From: Acidobacteriota bacterium
Lineage (GTDB): Bacteria; Acidobacteriota; UBA6911; RPQK01; JADFOI01
DNA length: 64,000 bases
Assembly: GCA_963663035.1 (NCBI GenBank)
Contig: OY760074.1
Location: 544,001-608,000, forward strand
Reading direction: 5' to 3'
The stretch's first letter is position 1. Every line of letters starts with the position of its first letter. The notes below the pieces were generated by a model. That model was not told the origin of the DNA, did no database searches, and saw only the letters and a list, made by a program, of their open reading frames with translations. Of this stretch, positions 40,046 through 49,160 are shown one piece after another. Position numbers and translations under genes: made by a program.

Positions 40046-40994
40046 GCACTCCCTGCTATAATCAATCGCTAATGGAAAAGGTTGGATTTGTGAGCTTGGG
40101 GGTGTCCAAAGAATCTCGTAGACAGCGAGGTCATGCTGGGATTGCTGACCCAGAGCGGATACGAAATCACAGCATCTCAAGAGGATGCTCAGATCATCGT
40201 AGTGAATACCTGTGGTTTTATTGAGAGTGCGAAGCAGGAGTCCATCAACACCATTCTCGAGATGGCACAGCAGAAGATCAATGGAAATTGTCGGAAGCTG
40301 ATTGTGGCCGGCTGTCTGGTCGAGAGATACCGGGAAGAGATCCTGGATCAGATCCCCGAGGTGGATGCGGTCATTGGAACCAATGAAATCCCGGAGATCC
40401 TCAAGCATTGTGCTGAAACTCCTCAAGCCAAGGGTCCCCCTCACTTTGAATCCAGGGAGTTGTATCTTTACAGTGATTCCGATCCCAGAATACTCACGAC
40501 TCCAGACTACAGTGCATATTTAAAAATTGCCGAAGGGTGCGATCATACTTGTACTTTTTGCGTGATTCCCAGCATGCGCGGCCCCTTTCGGAGTCGTCCC
40601 ATGGAGTCCATTTTGAGAGAAGCAATGGGCTTGGCGGCTAAAGGTATCAAGGAATTGAATCTCATCGGACAGGACACGACCATGTACGGCTGGGATTGGG
40701 GAAATCGCCAGGGCTTGGCCGAACTGCTCCGGGGCCTCGGAGAAATAGAGGGGATTGAGTGGGTCCGTGTGCTCTATGTCTATCCCAACAATGTTTACGA
40801 TGAGCTTCTGGAGGCCATTGCCCAGACTCCCTCTGTCTGCAAGTATATTGACATTCCTCTTCAACACGCCTCACAAAGAGTTCTCAGGCGTATGAAAAGA
40901 GGCGGGAATCGAGCTTCCCTGTCGAGGCTGACCTTGCCCCCTAAAACGAGTCCAGTTTGAATGTTAGGATTTCCGGTTTAGGAAGGAGGCAAGG

Positions 40995-41273
40995 ATGGCA
41001 GGGAAGCGGTTTAGGGCAGAACAGATCATCATGAAGCTGCGTGAGGCAGAGGTGGGTCTGGCCCAAGGACAGAGGGTGGGACAGGTGTCGAAGCAGATGG
41101 GGGTGAGCGAGCAGACCTACTACCGGTGGCGCAAAGAGTACGGAGGGCTCCGGTTGGACCAGGCCAAGAGGTTGAAGGTGTTGGAGAAGGAGAATACCCG
41201 GTTGAAGAAGCTGGTGGCGGATCTGTCTTTGGACAAGCAGATCCTGAAGGAAGTGTCCTCGGGAAACTTCTAG
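40995..41273 (+). CDS. IS3 transposase OrfA
   Basis: [19 protein letters not shown], zipper [15 protein letters not shown]; slippery GGGAAAC before the stop. Confidence 0.95.
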   Translation: MAGKRFRAEQIIMKLREAEVGLAQGQRVGQVSKQMGVSEQTYYRWRKEYGGLRLDQAKRLKVLEKENTRLKKLVADLSLDKQILKEVSSGNF

Positions 41274-42166
41274 GCCCGGCGAACAGGAGACGAGCGGTGA
41301 TGTGGGTACGAGAGCGATTAGGAGCAGAGCGAGTCTCCGAACGTCGGGCCTGCCAAGTGCTGGGACAGGTTCGATCGACCCAGCGAAGGGAAAGGCAAAT
41401 TCCCGATGATGAGGCCCGATTGGTGGCCCGGATGGTGGAGTTGGCTACGCAATACGGGCGTTATGGCTACCGGCGGGTCACGGCGATACTTCATGGGGAA
41501 GGGTGGAAGGTGAATCCTAAGCGGGTGGAGAGGCTGTGGAGACAAGAAGGGCTGAAAGTCCCGTCCAGACAGCCGAAACGAAGGAGGCTGTGGCTTAATG
41601 ACGGTTCCTGTGTTCGGTTACGAGCGGCTCGCAAGAACCACGTCTGGAGCTATGATTTCGTGCATGAACGGACCCATGATGGGCGAGCCTTTCGGCTATT
41701 GACGATCCTGGATGAGTACACCAGAGAGTGCCTCGCCATTGATGTGAAACGGCAGATGAATCACCAAGACGTGTTGGACCGGCTGGCGGAGTTATTCGTT
41801 GATCGGGGAGTGCCTGAGTTTATCCGGTCCGATAACGGATCGGAGTTTACGGCACAGGCGGTCCGGGACTGGCTGCAGGCTGTTGGGGTAAGGACCTTGT
41901 ACATCGAGCCGGGCAGCCCCTGGGAGAATGGGTACATTGAGAGTTTCAACGGGAAACTACGGGATGAGCTGCTGAACATGGAGATCTTCGACACGCTGGG
42001 GGAAGCCAAGGTGTTGGTAGAACGCTGGCGGAGGGATTACAATCAGATCCGGCCTCACAGCGCCTTGGCCTATCGGCCGCCGGCGCCAGAGGCCAAACTA
42101 CCTAGGTCGCAGGCACTGGATCCAATCCCTTGGAGTGGACTTCAAATGGTCCCGGGTCTAGCATAG
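41261..42166 (+). CDS. IS3 transposase OrfB (DDE), probably expressed by -1 frameshift
   Basis: [37 protein letters not shown]. Start approximate (frameshift site). Confidence 0.95.
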   Translation, partial: GKLLGPANRRRAVMWVRERLGAERVSERRACQVLGQVRSTQRRERQIPDDEARLVARMVELATQYGRYGYRRVTAILHGEGWKVNPKRVERLWRQEGLKVPSRQPKRRRLWLNDGSCVRLRAARKNHVWSYDFVHERTHDGRAFRLLTILDEYTRECLAIDVKRQMNHQDVLDRLAELFVDRGVPEFIRSDNGSEFTAQAVRDWLQAVGVRTLYIEPGSPWENGYIESFNGKLRDELLNMEIFDTLGEAKVLVERWRRDYNQIRPHSALAYRPPAPEAKLPRSQALDPIPWSGLQMVPGLA

Positions 42167-42706
42167 AGGGTGGACTCGTTCGTGGGGGCAGGTCAAGGCT
42201 GATTGGTCGGATCCGGAGCCGCATTCCTGAGGTTGCTATTCGGACAACCATGATTGTTGGGTCTCCGGGCGAGAGGGAAGAGGATGTGGAGGAATTGATG
42301 GGGTTCGTTGAAGAGATGCGATTCGATAGGCTTGGTGTCTTTACCTATTCTGATGAAGAAGACTCTGTTGCCTATCAACTCGATGAAAAACTTTCTGAGG
42401 ATGTCAAGAAAGATCGTCAGAAGCGCTTGATGGAACTGCAAGCAGGCATCTCAAAGGAAAAGAATCGCGCAATGATCGGAAAGTGTTTGCCGGTTTTGCT
42501 AGAAGGAAGCTCACGAGAGAGCGAGCTAATGTGGGAAGGCCGATTGTCTTCTCAGGCTCCGGACATTGATGGGGTTGTTTACTTGAATGACGGAATCACC
42601 GAGAAGGTCAGCCCCGGCGATATCGTTCCCGTTCAGATCACCGAGGCCCACGAGTACGATCTTGTCGGAACAGTCCTGGGCACTTAAAATGAAATTGCAA
42701 GGTCCA

Positions 42707-42914
42707 AGCCCGCATTTCTCACACCAGGTCGTCGCGAAGCGGCGGAAGGGCCGACCTGACAAGGCGCGCGAGGGGCACCCGCTTGGGGTCGGCCCCCGCA
42801 AACGTACTCTTGAGTACGTTGAGGAGCCGAGGGGTACCCGCTTGCGGGTCGTGCAATGCAGTCAGGTCGGATCATTGCGCCGATGTAGTAGAGAGGGTGT
42901 GAGAAGTGCGGGCT
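42707..42914 (+). repeat. Foldback element, copy D
   Basis: Terminal stem agcccgcatttctcacacc / ggtgtgagaagtgcgggct; same core as copies A and C. Confidence 0.9.
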
Positions 42915-43008
42915 GATTGTCCCACCTGTGGTCAAAAGATCTCACGCGATAACTCCTTTTTGCCTTTCTGCTGCGAGCGCTGCCGGCTTCTTGACTTGGG
43001 ACAATGGC

Positions 43009-43536
43009 TTGACGGAAACTATCGGGTCCCAGGCCAGAAAATCTCGAAATCTGAAACAGAAACGGAGGAATGAGCTGGATCGTCTGATTCACGCCTTCGT
43101 CACCGGGTTGGGTGCAGGCTACCTGCCCCTGGCCCCAGGAACCTGGGGCTCTCTGGTAGCCCTTTTGCTGGTCTTCCTTCTCCACTGGGTCTTGCCCGCT
43201 CATGAGACGATGGTTCTGGGCGGCTTTGTTGTCTTGTTGACTTTTCCAGCCATTGTCTTGTCAACGCGAGTCTCTCTCTCTGAAAACGATCCTGACCCCT
43301 CAAAGATAGTCATCGATGAGATTCTCGGACAAGTGCTTTGCTTACTGTGGGTTCCCGTGTCCATGGTCTCTCTTGTTGCCGGGTTCTTCCTGTTCCGGTT
43401 CTTTGATATTGTGAAGCCGTTTCCCGTCCGCAACAGTGAGAAATTACCAGGAGGAGTTGGTATCGTCTGTGATGACCTGATTGCAGGTCTCTATGCAGGA
43501 TTGTCATTGAAAATTCTGGTCTCTCTCAGCGGTTGA
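43009..43536 (+). CDS. pgpA: Phosphatidylglycerophosphatase A
   Basis: GAGYLPLAPGTWGS, DPSKIVIDE, FRFFDIVKP, GIVCDD. Start codon uncertain. Confidence 0.92.
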   Translation: MTETIGSQARKSRNLKQKRRNELDRLIHAFVTGLGAGYLPLAPGTWGSLVALLLVFLLHWVLPAHETMVLGGFVVLLTFPAIVLSTRVSLSENDPDPSKIVIDEILGQVLCLLWVPVSMVSLVAGFFLFRFFDIVKPFPVRNSEKLPGGVGIVCDDLIAGLYAGLSLKILVSLSG

Positions 43537-43557
43537 AACCTGGAACCTGGAGTCGTC

Positions 43558-44790
43558 ATGCGGGCAGAAATTATCGCTGTCGGGACTGAGCTCTTAACCC
43601 CTTCTCGGGTCGAAACCAATTCTCTCTTCATCACGAAAAAGCTCAATGAGTTCGGCCTTAAAGTGATGCGAAAGTTTGTTGTGGGGGATCGGGAAGAGGA
43701 GATCGTAGGGGCCCTGGTGAGTGCTTTGAAAGGTTCCGAGGTTGTCATCGTTTCGGGCGGCCTGGGTCCCACTCATGATGATATTACCCGTGAGATCGTT
43801 GCAAAGGCCCTGGGACGAAAACTGGCACGAGATTCCGCCATTCTTGAGGAATTGAGGCTCCGCTACCAAAAATTTGCCCTCAAGATGACGGACAACAACC
43901 TGCGGCAAGCAATGGTGCCTGAAGGCGCTGTACCGATGGAGAACCCCAATGGCACAGCTCCCGGGCTGTTCATGAAGGAAGGAAAGACACTGCTCTTTCT
44001 TCTGCCGGGGCCTCCCCTCGAATTGGAGCCCATGATGAGTCAAGTCATGGACTTGATTGGCCAACATAAGCAGGCTTCCCGGCCTCTTTACCAGCGGCTC
44101 AGAGTGGCCTCAGAAACGGAGTCTGGGATAGATTCCGCGATTGGCTCAATCTACAAGTCGTATTCCTCGATTGAAACCACGATTCTCTCTTCTCCAGGTC
44201 TTATCGAACTTCTCTTCTTCTGGGTCGGTGAAGCGAATGAGCAACTGGCAGAAGAGCAACTGCAGGAACTGGTGGGCCGCGTCCGAGAAAAGCTGGGTCA
44301 TGCCATATTCACCGACCAGGAGGAGGATTTGGGAGAGGTGGTTGGACGAATCCTCCGCGACAAAGGTATGACCGTGGCAACTGCTGAATCCTGTACAGGC
44401 GGGCTGCTGGGTAAGATGATGACCGATGTGCCTGGCAGCTCCGACTATTATCTGGGTGGAGTGGTTTGTTACAGCGATGCCTTAAAGGTGGATCTTCTCG
44501 GTGTTAGTGAGACCTCTCTGGAACGCTTTGGAGCGGTCAGCGAACAGGTAGCGGCTCAGATGGCTGTGGGAATCCGAAGGGACACTTCCGCAGATCTGGG
44601 TCTTTCGGTTACGGGAATCGCAGGTCCGGGAGGCGAAACCACGGAAAAGCCGGTGGGACTGGTCTTGATTGGGCTGTCCAGTGATCAGGAGACCCGCGTG
44701 AAAAGGATCCAAATGGCCGGTCCACGCGAGGCCAACCGGATTCGAGCTTCACGCTTTGCCTTGGACTGGGTGAGAAGGAGTCTCCTGTAA
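43558..44790 (+). CDS. cinA: Competence/damage-inducible CinA (NMN deamidase domain)
   Basis: VGTELL, GGLGPTHDDIT, GTAPG, AESCTGG, TGIAGP.G...KPVG. Confidence 0.95.
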   Translation: MRAEIIAVGTELLTPSRVETNSLFITKKLNEFGLKVMRKFVVGDREEEIVGALVSALKGSEVVIVSGGLGPTHDDITREIVAKALGRKLARDSAILEELRLRYQKFALKMTDNNLRQAMVPEGAVPMENPNGTAPGLFMKEGKTLLFLLPGPPLELEPMMSQVMDLIGQHKQASRPLYQRLRVASETESGIDSAIGSIYKSYSSIETTILSSPGLIELLFFWVGEANEQLAEEQLQELVGRVREKLGHAIFTDQEEDLGEVVGRILRDKGMTVATAESCTGGLLGKMMTDVPGSSDYYLGGVVCYSDALKVDLLGVSETSLERFGAVSEQVAAQMAVGIRRDTSADLGLSVTGIAGPGGETTEKPVGLVLIGLSSDQETRVKRIQMAGPREANRIRASRFALDWVRRSLL

Positions 44791-45362
44791 AGCGTATCCG
44801 GGCCTTCATTGCTATTGCCGTTCCTGAGTCTGTCCTGAGGCGCTGCCAGGAAATCGGTGCTGATCTCAGAAAGCTGAACCTGGAAGGACGGTTTGCACAG
44901 ATCCAATCCCTTCATCTCACCCTTCAATTTCTGGGGAATATTGAAGAGGCCAAGCTGGCAGGAATAGGTGAGGTTTTAGAAAACGCTGGAAGGGAGGTTG
45001 CTTCCTTCCAGGTAGAGATCTGCCAGTTGGGTGCTTTTCCGCATCTTGCTCGTCCGCGGGTGGTGTGGGTTGGCGTAGAACCCATCGATGCGCTTAAGGA
45101 ACTGCAGAGCAAAATCCAGCAACGCCTCGAGCGCTTGGGTTTTCCCAAAGAAAATCGTGAGTTTCACCCACACCTGACTCTGCTGAGACTGAAGTCGCGA
45201 AAAAACCTGGCTGAGCTGACCCAATATGTCCAAGGTGAGGGAGCTCACCAGAAGGCAGGAAGCATCAGAGTCCAGGAGATCCATCTTTATCAGAGCATCC
45301 TGAGGCCCGAGGGAGCTGAGTACCGTAAATTATTGACCGCCAGACTCAAGGGCCCAGCATGA
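44787..45362 (+). CDS. thpR: RNA 2',3'-cyclic phosphodiesterase (2H family); lacks a canonical start codon
   Basis: Open frame from 44787: KRIRAFIAI...LHLTLQFLG...PRVVWVG...HPHLTL...LYQSIL...Y. Confidence 0.88.
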   Translation, partial: VKRIRAFIAIAVPESVLRRCQEIGADLRKLNLEGRFAQIQSLHLTLQFLGNIEEAKLAGIGEVLENAGREVASFQVEICQLGAFPHLARPRVVWVGVEPIDALKELQSKIQQRLERLGFPKENREFHPHLTLLRLKSRKNLAELTQYVQGEGAHQKAGSIRVQEIHLYQSILRPEGAEYRKLLTARLKGPA

Positions 45363-45437
45363 ATTCGGCACCTGAGGTGCCTTCCACATTTGGCACCTGA
45401 GGTGCCTCCCACATTCGGTACCTGAAGTGCTTCCCAC
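45363..45437 (-). repeat. REP-like tandem array, three 25-bp units
   Basis: attcggcacctgaggtgccttccac, atttggcacctgaggtgcctcccac, attcggtacctgaagtgcttcccac. Confidence 0.9.
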
Positions 45438-45499
45438 GCACCTTCGCCTTCCCTCCAGGGTACTGACTCGGGTATCCTTGATAGGGAAGGGAGTCAGTT

Positions 45500-45688
45500 A
45501 TGGCCATTGATCAGGAACTGCTCGACATTCTGGCCTGTCCAGCCTGTAAGGCCGAGGTCAAGCTCACTTCGGATGATCAAGGACTCAAGTGTGTCTCCTG
45601 TCACCGGGTTTATCCGATTCGCGACGACATTCCGGTGATGCTCATTGATGAGGCCAAGATCGAGCCTCCTGAAGAGACACCTCAGTAG
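45500..45688 (+). CDS. Trm112/UPF0434 family protein
   Basis: LLDILACPACK...CVSCHRVYPIRDDIPVMLIDEA. Confidence 0.93.
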   Translation: MAIDQELLDILACPACKAEVKLTSDDQGLKCVSCHRVYPIRDDIPVMLIDEAKIEPPEETPQ

Positions 45689-45691
45689 TAG

Positions 45692-46744
45692 ATGACAGGA
45701 TTAAACTTGCAAGAGTCACCTCCTGAAGACTCCGGGCACTCCCGAGTCCTCTTTACGCGGCTTCGCTCTCTGGGTGACACGGTCTTGATGACTCCCATGC
45801 TCACCGTCATGAAAAGGGTGCCGGGCTGGAAGGTCGGGGTGGTCATTGAGACGCCCTATGAGCAAGTCTTGCGAGACAATCCCAATATAGACTGCATTTT
45901 TGTGATTGAGAACCACCGAAACCGCTGGATAGCACGCTTGCGGACGATGCGCAAAATCCGTGCTTTTCGACCGACTCTGGCGATTGATCTGCACGGTGGG
46001 ACCACAAGTGCCCTTATCACCGCCTTTTCCGGTGCCCAAAAAAGCGTAGGATACCGGCACAGCCGCCATTCCTACCTTTACAACATCAAGGTTCCGGATT
46101 CTCGGGAAATCTGGGGGCGAGAGCAGGTTCACACGGTTGAGCACCAGCTCTCGATTTTGAAACACTTAGGATTTCCTGTCGAACCGATCCCGCCTCCTGA
46201 GATTCCCCTTGATGGCGAAGGTCTTGAGTCGATGAAAGATCTGCTCGCTGGCCAGGGAGTCACGGATGGATTCATTTTGATTCATCCTGCCGCAGCTTTT
46301 GACACCAAGCAGTGGGACGCCCAGAAGTTTGCCTTGCTGGCCACCCGGCTGGTTGAAACAGGTCAGGAGGTGGTGGTTACAGCAGGCCCGGGAGAAGGCC
46401 AGGTGCTTGAAGAGATCAGAGAACACTGTTCTTCGCGGGTTCGCTTCATTGAGCCACTTCCCCTTCGAAAGTTCTCGGCCCTAACTTCGCTGTGCAGTCT
46501 TTATGTAGGTAATGACACGGGTTCCACTCATATTGTTGCGGCACAGGGGAAGAAAATCGTTGTGATCTTTGGATCTTCTGATTTTAAGGTCTGGTATCCC
46601 TGGAACACTGAGCATCAATTGATCAAGTCGGATCTTCCCTGTATGCCCTGTCCCGGCTATTTCTGTCTTCACTTCGATGAGCCCCGCTGTATCCGTTCTA
46701 TTCCAGTTGAACCGGTCTTGGAGGCAGTTCAGTCGATGTTATGA
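45692..46744 (+). CDS. GT9 LPS heptosyltransferase
   Basis: LGDTVL.TP, HPAA...KQW, GNDTG.TH, IFG. Confidence 0.92.
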   Translation: MTGLNLQESPPEDSGHSRVLFTRLRSLGDTVLMTPMLTVMKRVPGWKVGVVIETPYEQVLRDNPNIDCIFVIENHRNRWIARLRTMRKIRAFRPTLAIDLHGGTTSALITAFSGAQKSVGYRHSRHSYLYNIKVPDSREIWGREQVHTVEHQLSILKHLGFPVEPIPPPEIPLDGEGLESMKDLLAGQGVTDGFILIHPAAAFDTKQWDAQKFALLATRLVETGQEVVVTAGPGEGQVLEEIREHCSSRVRFIEPLPLRKFSALTSLCSLYVGNDTGSTHIVAAQGKKIVVIFGSSDFKVWYPWNTEHQLIKSDLPCMPCPGYFCLHFDEPRCIRSIPVEPVLEAVQSML

Positions 46745-47721
46745 ATACCAGCGATCAGCAAAAGCTCCAGAAGATCATTCAGCGCTTTCCAGATCAACCC
46801 ATTCTGGTCGTGGGAGATCTTATGCTCGACCGCTTTGTGTGGGGTCGAGTCGAGCGTATCTCACCAGAGGCACCGGTGCCGGTGGTGGAGGTAGAAAGGG
46901 AAAGTGTTCATCTTGGCGGTGCCGCCAATGTTGCTTGTAATCTTGCCGCTCTGAAAGCGAGGCCACTTCTGGTGGGCGTTGTCGGTTGTGATGAAGCCGG
47001 GGATAGGCTTGTGGAGGAGCTTCATCGGCAGGAGATCAGCAGCGAAGGGGTGGTTCGAGCCAGTGACCGGACGACCACCATAAAAACTCGGATTCTTGCG
47101 CACCACCAGCAGGTCTGTCGGACCGATCGCGAGTGCAAGGAAACCCTTTCCCAAGGAGTCTTGGGCAAACTGAGAGGGGTTTACCAGACCTTTCTCAACC
47201 AGGCCAAGGGAATCATTCTCTCAGATTACGCTAAAGGAGTGTTGTTGCCGAATCTGGTGGTGGATTTGATCCGGGACTGTCGAGAAGCGAAGAAGTTTCT
47301 TGCCGTGGACCCGAAGGCAGGTGACTTTTCGATTTACCGTGGAGCCTCCCTCATTACTCCCAACAAGAAAGAGGCAGAGCGGGCATCGGGGGTGGAGATT
47401 GTGGATCAATCTTCTTTCATCCAGGCGGGCCAGAAGCTTCTAGAGCTGACCGCTTCTGATTATCTTCTGATCACTCGTGGGGAAGAGGGAATGACACTCT
47501 TTGAGGGTCAGGAGCACTCACATATCCCGACAGTGGCTCGCGAGGTGTTCGATGTCACTGGAGCCGGGGACACGGTGATTGCCTCTCTGACTCTGGCTGT
47601 GGTGGCGGGTGCATCAATGGGCGAGGGCGCCACTTTGGCCAACCATGCGGCGGGTGTGGCCGTTGGTAAATTGGGAACGGCGACGGCCAGCGCAGACGAA
47701 CTTCTCTCCAGCATCGGCTGA
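46741..47721 (+). CDS. Heptose-7-phosphate kinase (RfaE domain I / HldA type)
   Basis: VGDLMLD..VWG.V.RISPEAPVP, GGAANVA, SDYAKG, DVTGAGDTV. Confidence 0.93.
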   Translation: MNTSDQQKLQKIIQRFPDQPILVVGDLMLDRFVWGRVERISPEAPVPVVEVERESVHLGGAANVACNLAALKARPLLVGVVGCDEAGDRLVEELHRQEISSEGVVRASDRTTTIKTRILAHHQQVCRTDRECKETLSQGVLGKLRGVYQTFLNQAKGIILSDYAKGVLLPNLVVDLIRDCREAKKFLAVDPKAGDFSIYRGASLITPNKKEAERASGVEIVDQSSFIQAGQKLLELTASDYLLITRGEEGMTLFEGQEHSHIPTVAREVFDVTGAGDTVIASLTLAVVAGASMGEGATLANHAAGVAVGKLGTATASADELLSSIG

Positions 47722-47737
47722 TCCGGGTGCTGAGTGC

Positions 47738-48909
47738 TCATCTCTTGCTTCTACTCGAAGTAAAAAGACCTTCTCGGATGAGCGGCAGCACATCGTGGGT
47801 CCGTCTGAACAGCAGCACCACGGTCAGGACGATATAGAGGATGGAAACTTCAAAGCGGATCTCCGGAGAAATGAGCTGTAACACAAAAAGAAAGAACAGC
47901 ACACCCCCTTCCCAGAGGCTCATCTTCAGGTTCATGAGCACCACCACAGCAAAGATCGATTGGGCGGCGGTCAGAAGAATCTCCTGATCCTGGCGCACAT
48001 CCAGAGGCATCTGGCCAATTTCTCCCAGACTGATGCTGTAGACCAGGGGAATCGTTCCAACCAGGAGTGTCCACTGATTCACTTTGGAAGAAATCAGTGC
48101 TCCCATGGCAGCCTGGGCCTGTCCTCTCAGAGTCCATATGGCTGCGATTATGAACTCCGGCGCCTCGGAAGCGATGGGTGCCAGCCACTGCACTAAAAAG
48201 TATTCATCAATTCCCAAAAGCTCGCCAGAAGAGATCAGTGCTTCTGCAAAGGGTTCCGCGCTGGCGAAAATGGTCATTCCGGAAAAGCCGAAAAGCATCA
48301 CCGTCACCAGCCGGCGTTGGCCCTTCGACAATGCTCCAATGAGTCGCGCGGGCCCTACCAGGTCCGGTTCGTGAACCTCCATCCTAGCCGTGCGCCAGAC
48401 ATATGCTCCAAAAAGTCCCACCAGAAAGAAGCAATCGATGAGGGTGAGCTGGTGTTTGAGAGGGATGATGAAAGCGTAGAGGGTGGCCAGTGTGAGATAA
48501 GAGATCTCCACGCGATTGTTCCGATCCAGCTGAATGGCTTTCCGCCGGAATTTCCAAAAATAGAGGAGCACAATAAAGGGCCAGCCCCCTCCCACCAGCA
48601 GGCGATTGGCGCCCGTCATGTTGGCGGTGCGTACTGGGCATATTGAGGATCGTAGGCAGCAACCCAGGCGAAATACAGGTCGACGGCGTACTCGGGAAGA
48701 ATGGCTATCAGGGCCAGGATGGCCAGTGCCAGACCGCGAGAGATGTCCATCTGAGCCACTTCCGCCGCCCACGATAGCAAGAAGGCCGATCCTAGAATTC
48801 CCAGTCCGAAAAGGACAGAATCCAGGCGAGGATCCACCTGGATGTGATAGAAGCGCATGTAAAGCGCAGGAAGAGTGATGGCCACCGTGAGTGCACTGAA
48901 AAGACGCAT
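47738..48909 (-). pseudogene. Na+/Ca2+ (CaCA) antiporter, frameshifted near 48625
   Basis: N-half LPEYAVD...YAQYA is in ORF 48616-48909; ANMTGANRLL...ASEAPEF...SSKVNQWTLL continues in another frame. Confidence 0.85.
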
Positions 48910-48964
48910 GGGCTGACCACTTTAGTCTGGGGGGCTGGAGCCAGTCAATGGCGCGCTCCGCGCG

Positions 48965-49157
48965 CGTGCGGTCGTGCAGTCGTGCAGTCGTGCTTTTCCA
49001 AGATGACCCGATCCAAGTATCTTTCTTCGGATTCGGCACCTGAGGTGCCTCCCACTTTCTGGTTCTTGCGGTCCGTAGAATGTGGGAGCGGCCTCAGGCC
49101 GCGAAAATGGGGTGGGAATGCCTTGCGCACAACGCTTTTCGAAAGCACGACCGCACG
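48965..49157. repeat. Composite repeat: inverted octamer arms enclosing a back-to-back REP-like doublet
   Basis: cgtgc(g/a)gt tandem at 48965-48996 pairs with aaagcacgaccgcacg at 49142-57; REPs at 49031-55 (-) and 49082-104 (+). Confidence 0.8.
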
Positions 49158-49160
49158 AAC

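Larger units (their letters stand above)
40929..42195 (+). mobile_element. IS3-family insertion sequence (IS407-like), complete
   Basis: TG...CA ends; IRL tgaccttgccccctaaaacgagtcca vs IRR reverse complement tgacctgcccccacgaacgagtcca; AGGC direct repeat at 40925-28 and 42196-99. Confidence 0.96.
40072..42687 (+). pseudogene. rimO: Ribosomal protein S12 methylthiotransferase, split by an IS and frameshifted near the 5' end
   Basis: SLG/CPKNLVDSE (broken by an extra G), NTCGFI, EGCDHTCTFCVIP, IPLQH, then the IS, then RTTMIVG...APDIDG TRAM domain. Confidence 0.92.

Noticed and set aside
48910-49039. N-terminus of the 433-aa ORF 47738-49039
   Set aside because: Runs through repeats; the real N-terminus is in the 48909 frame
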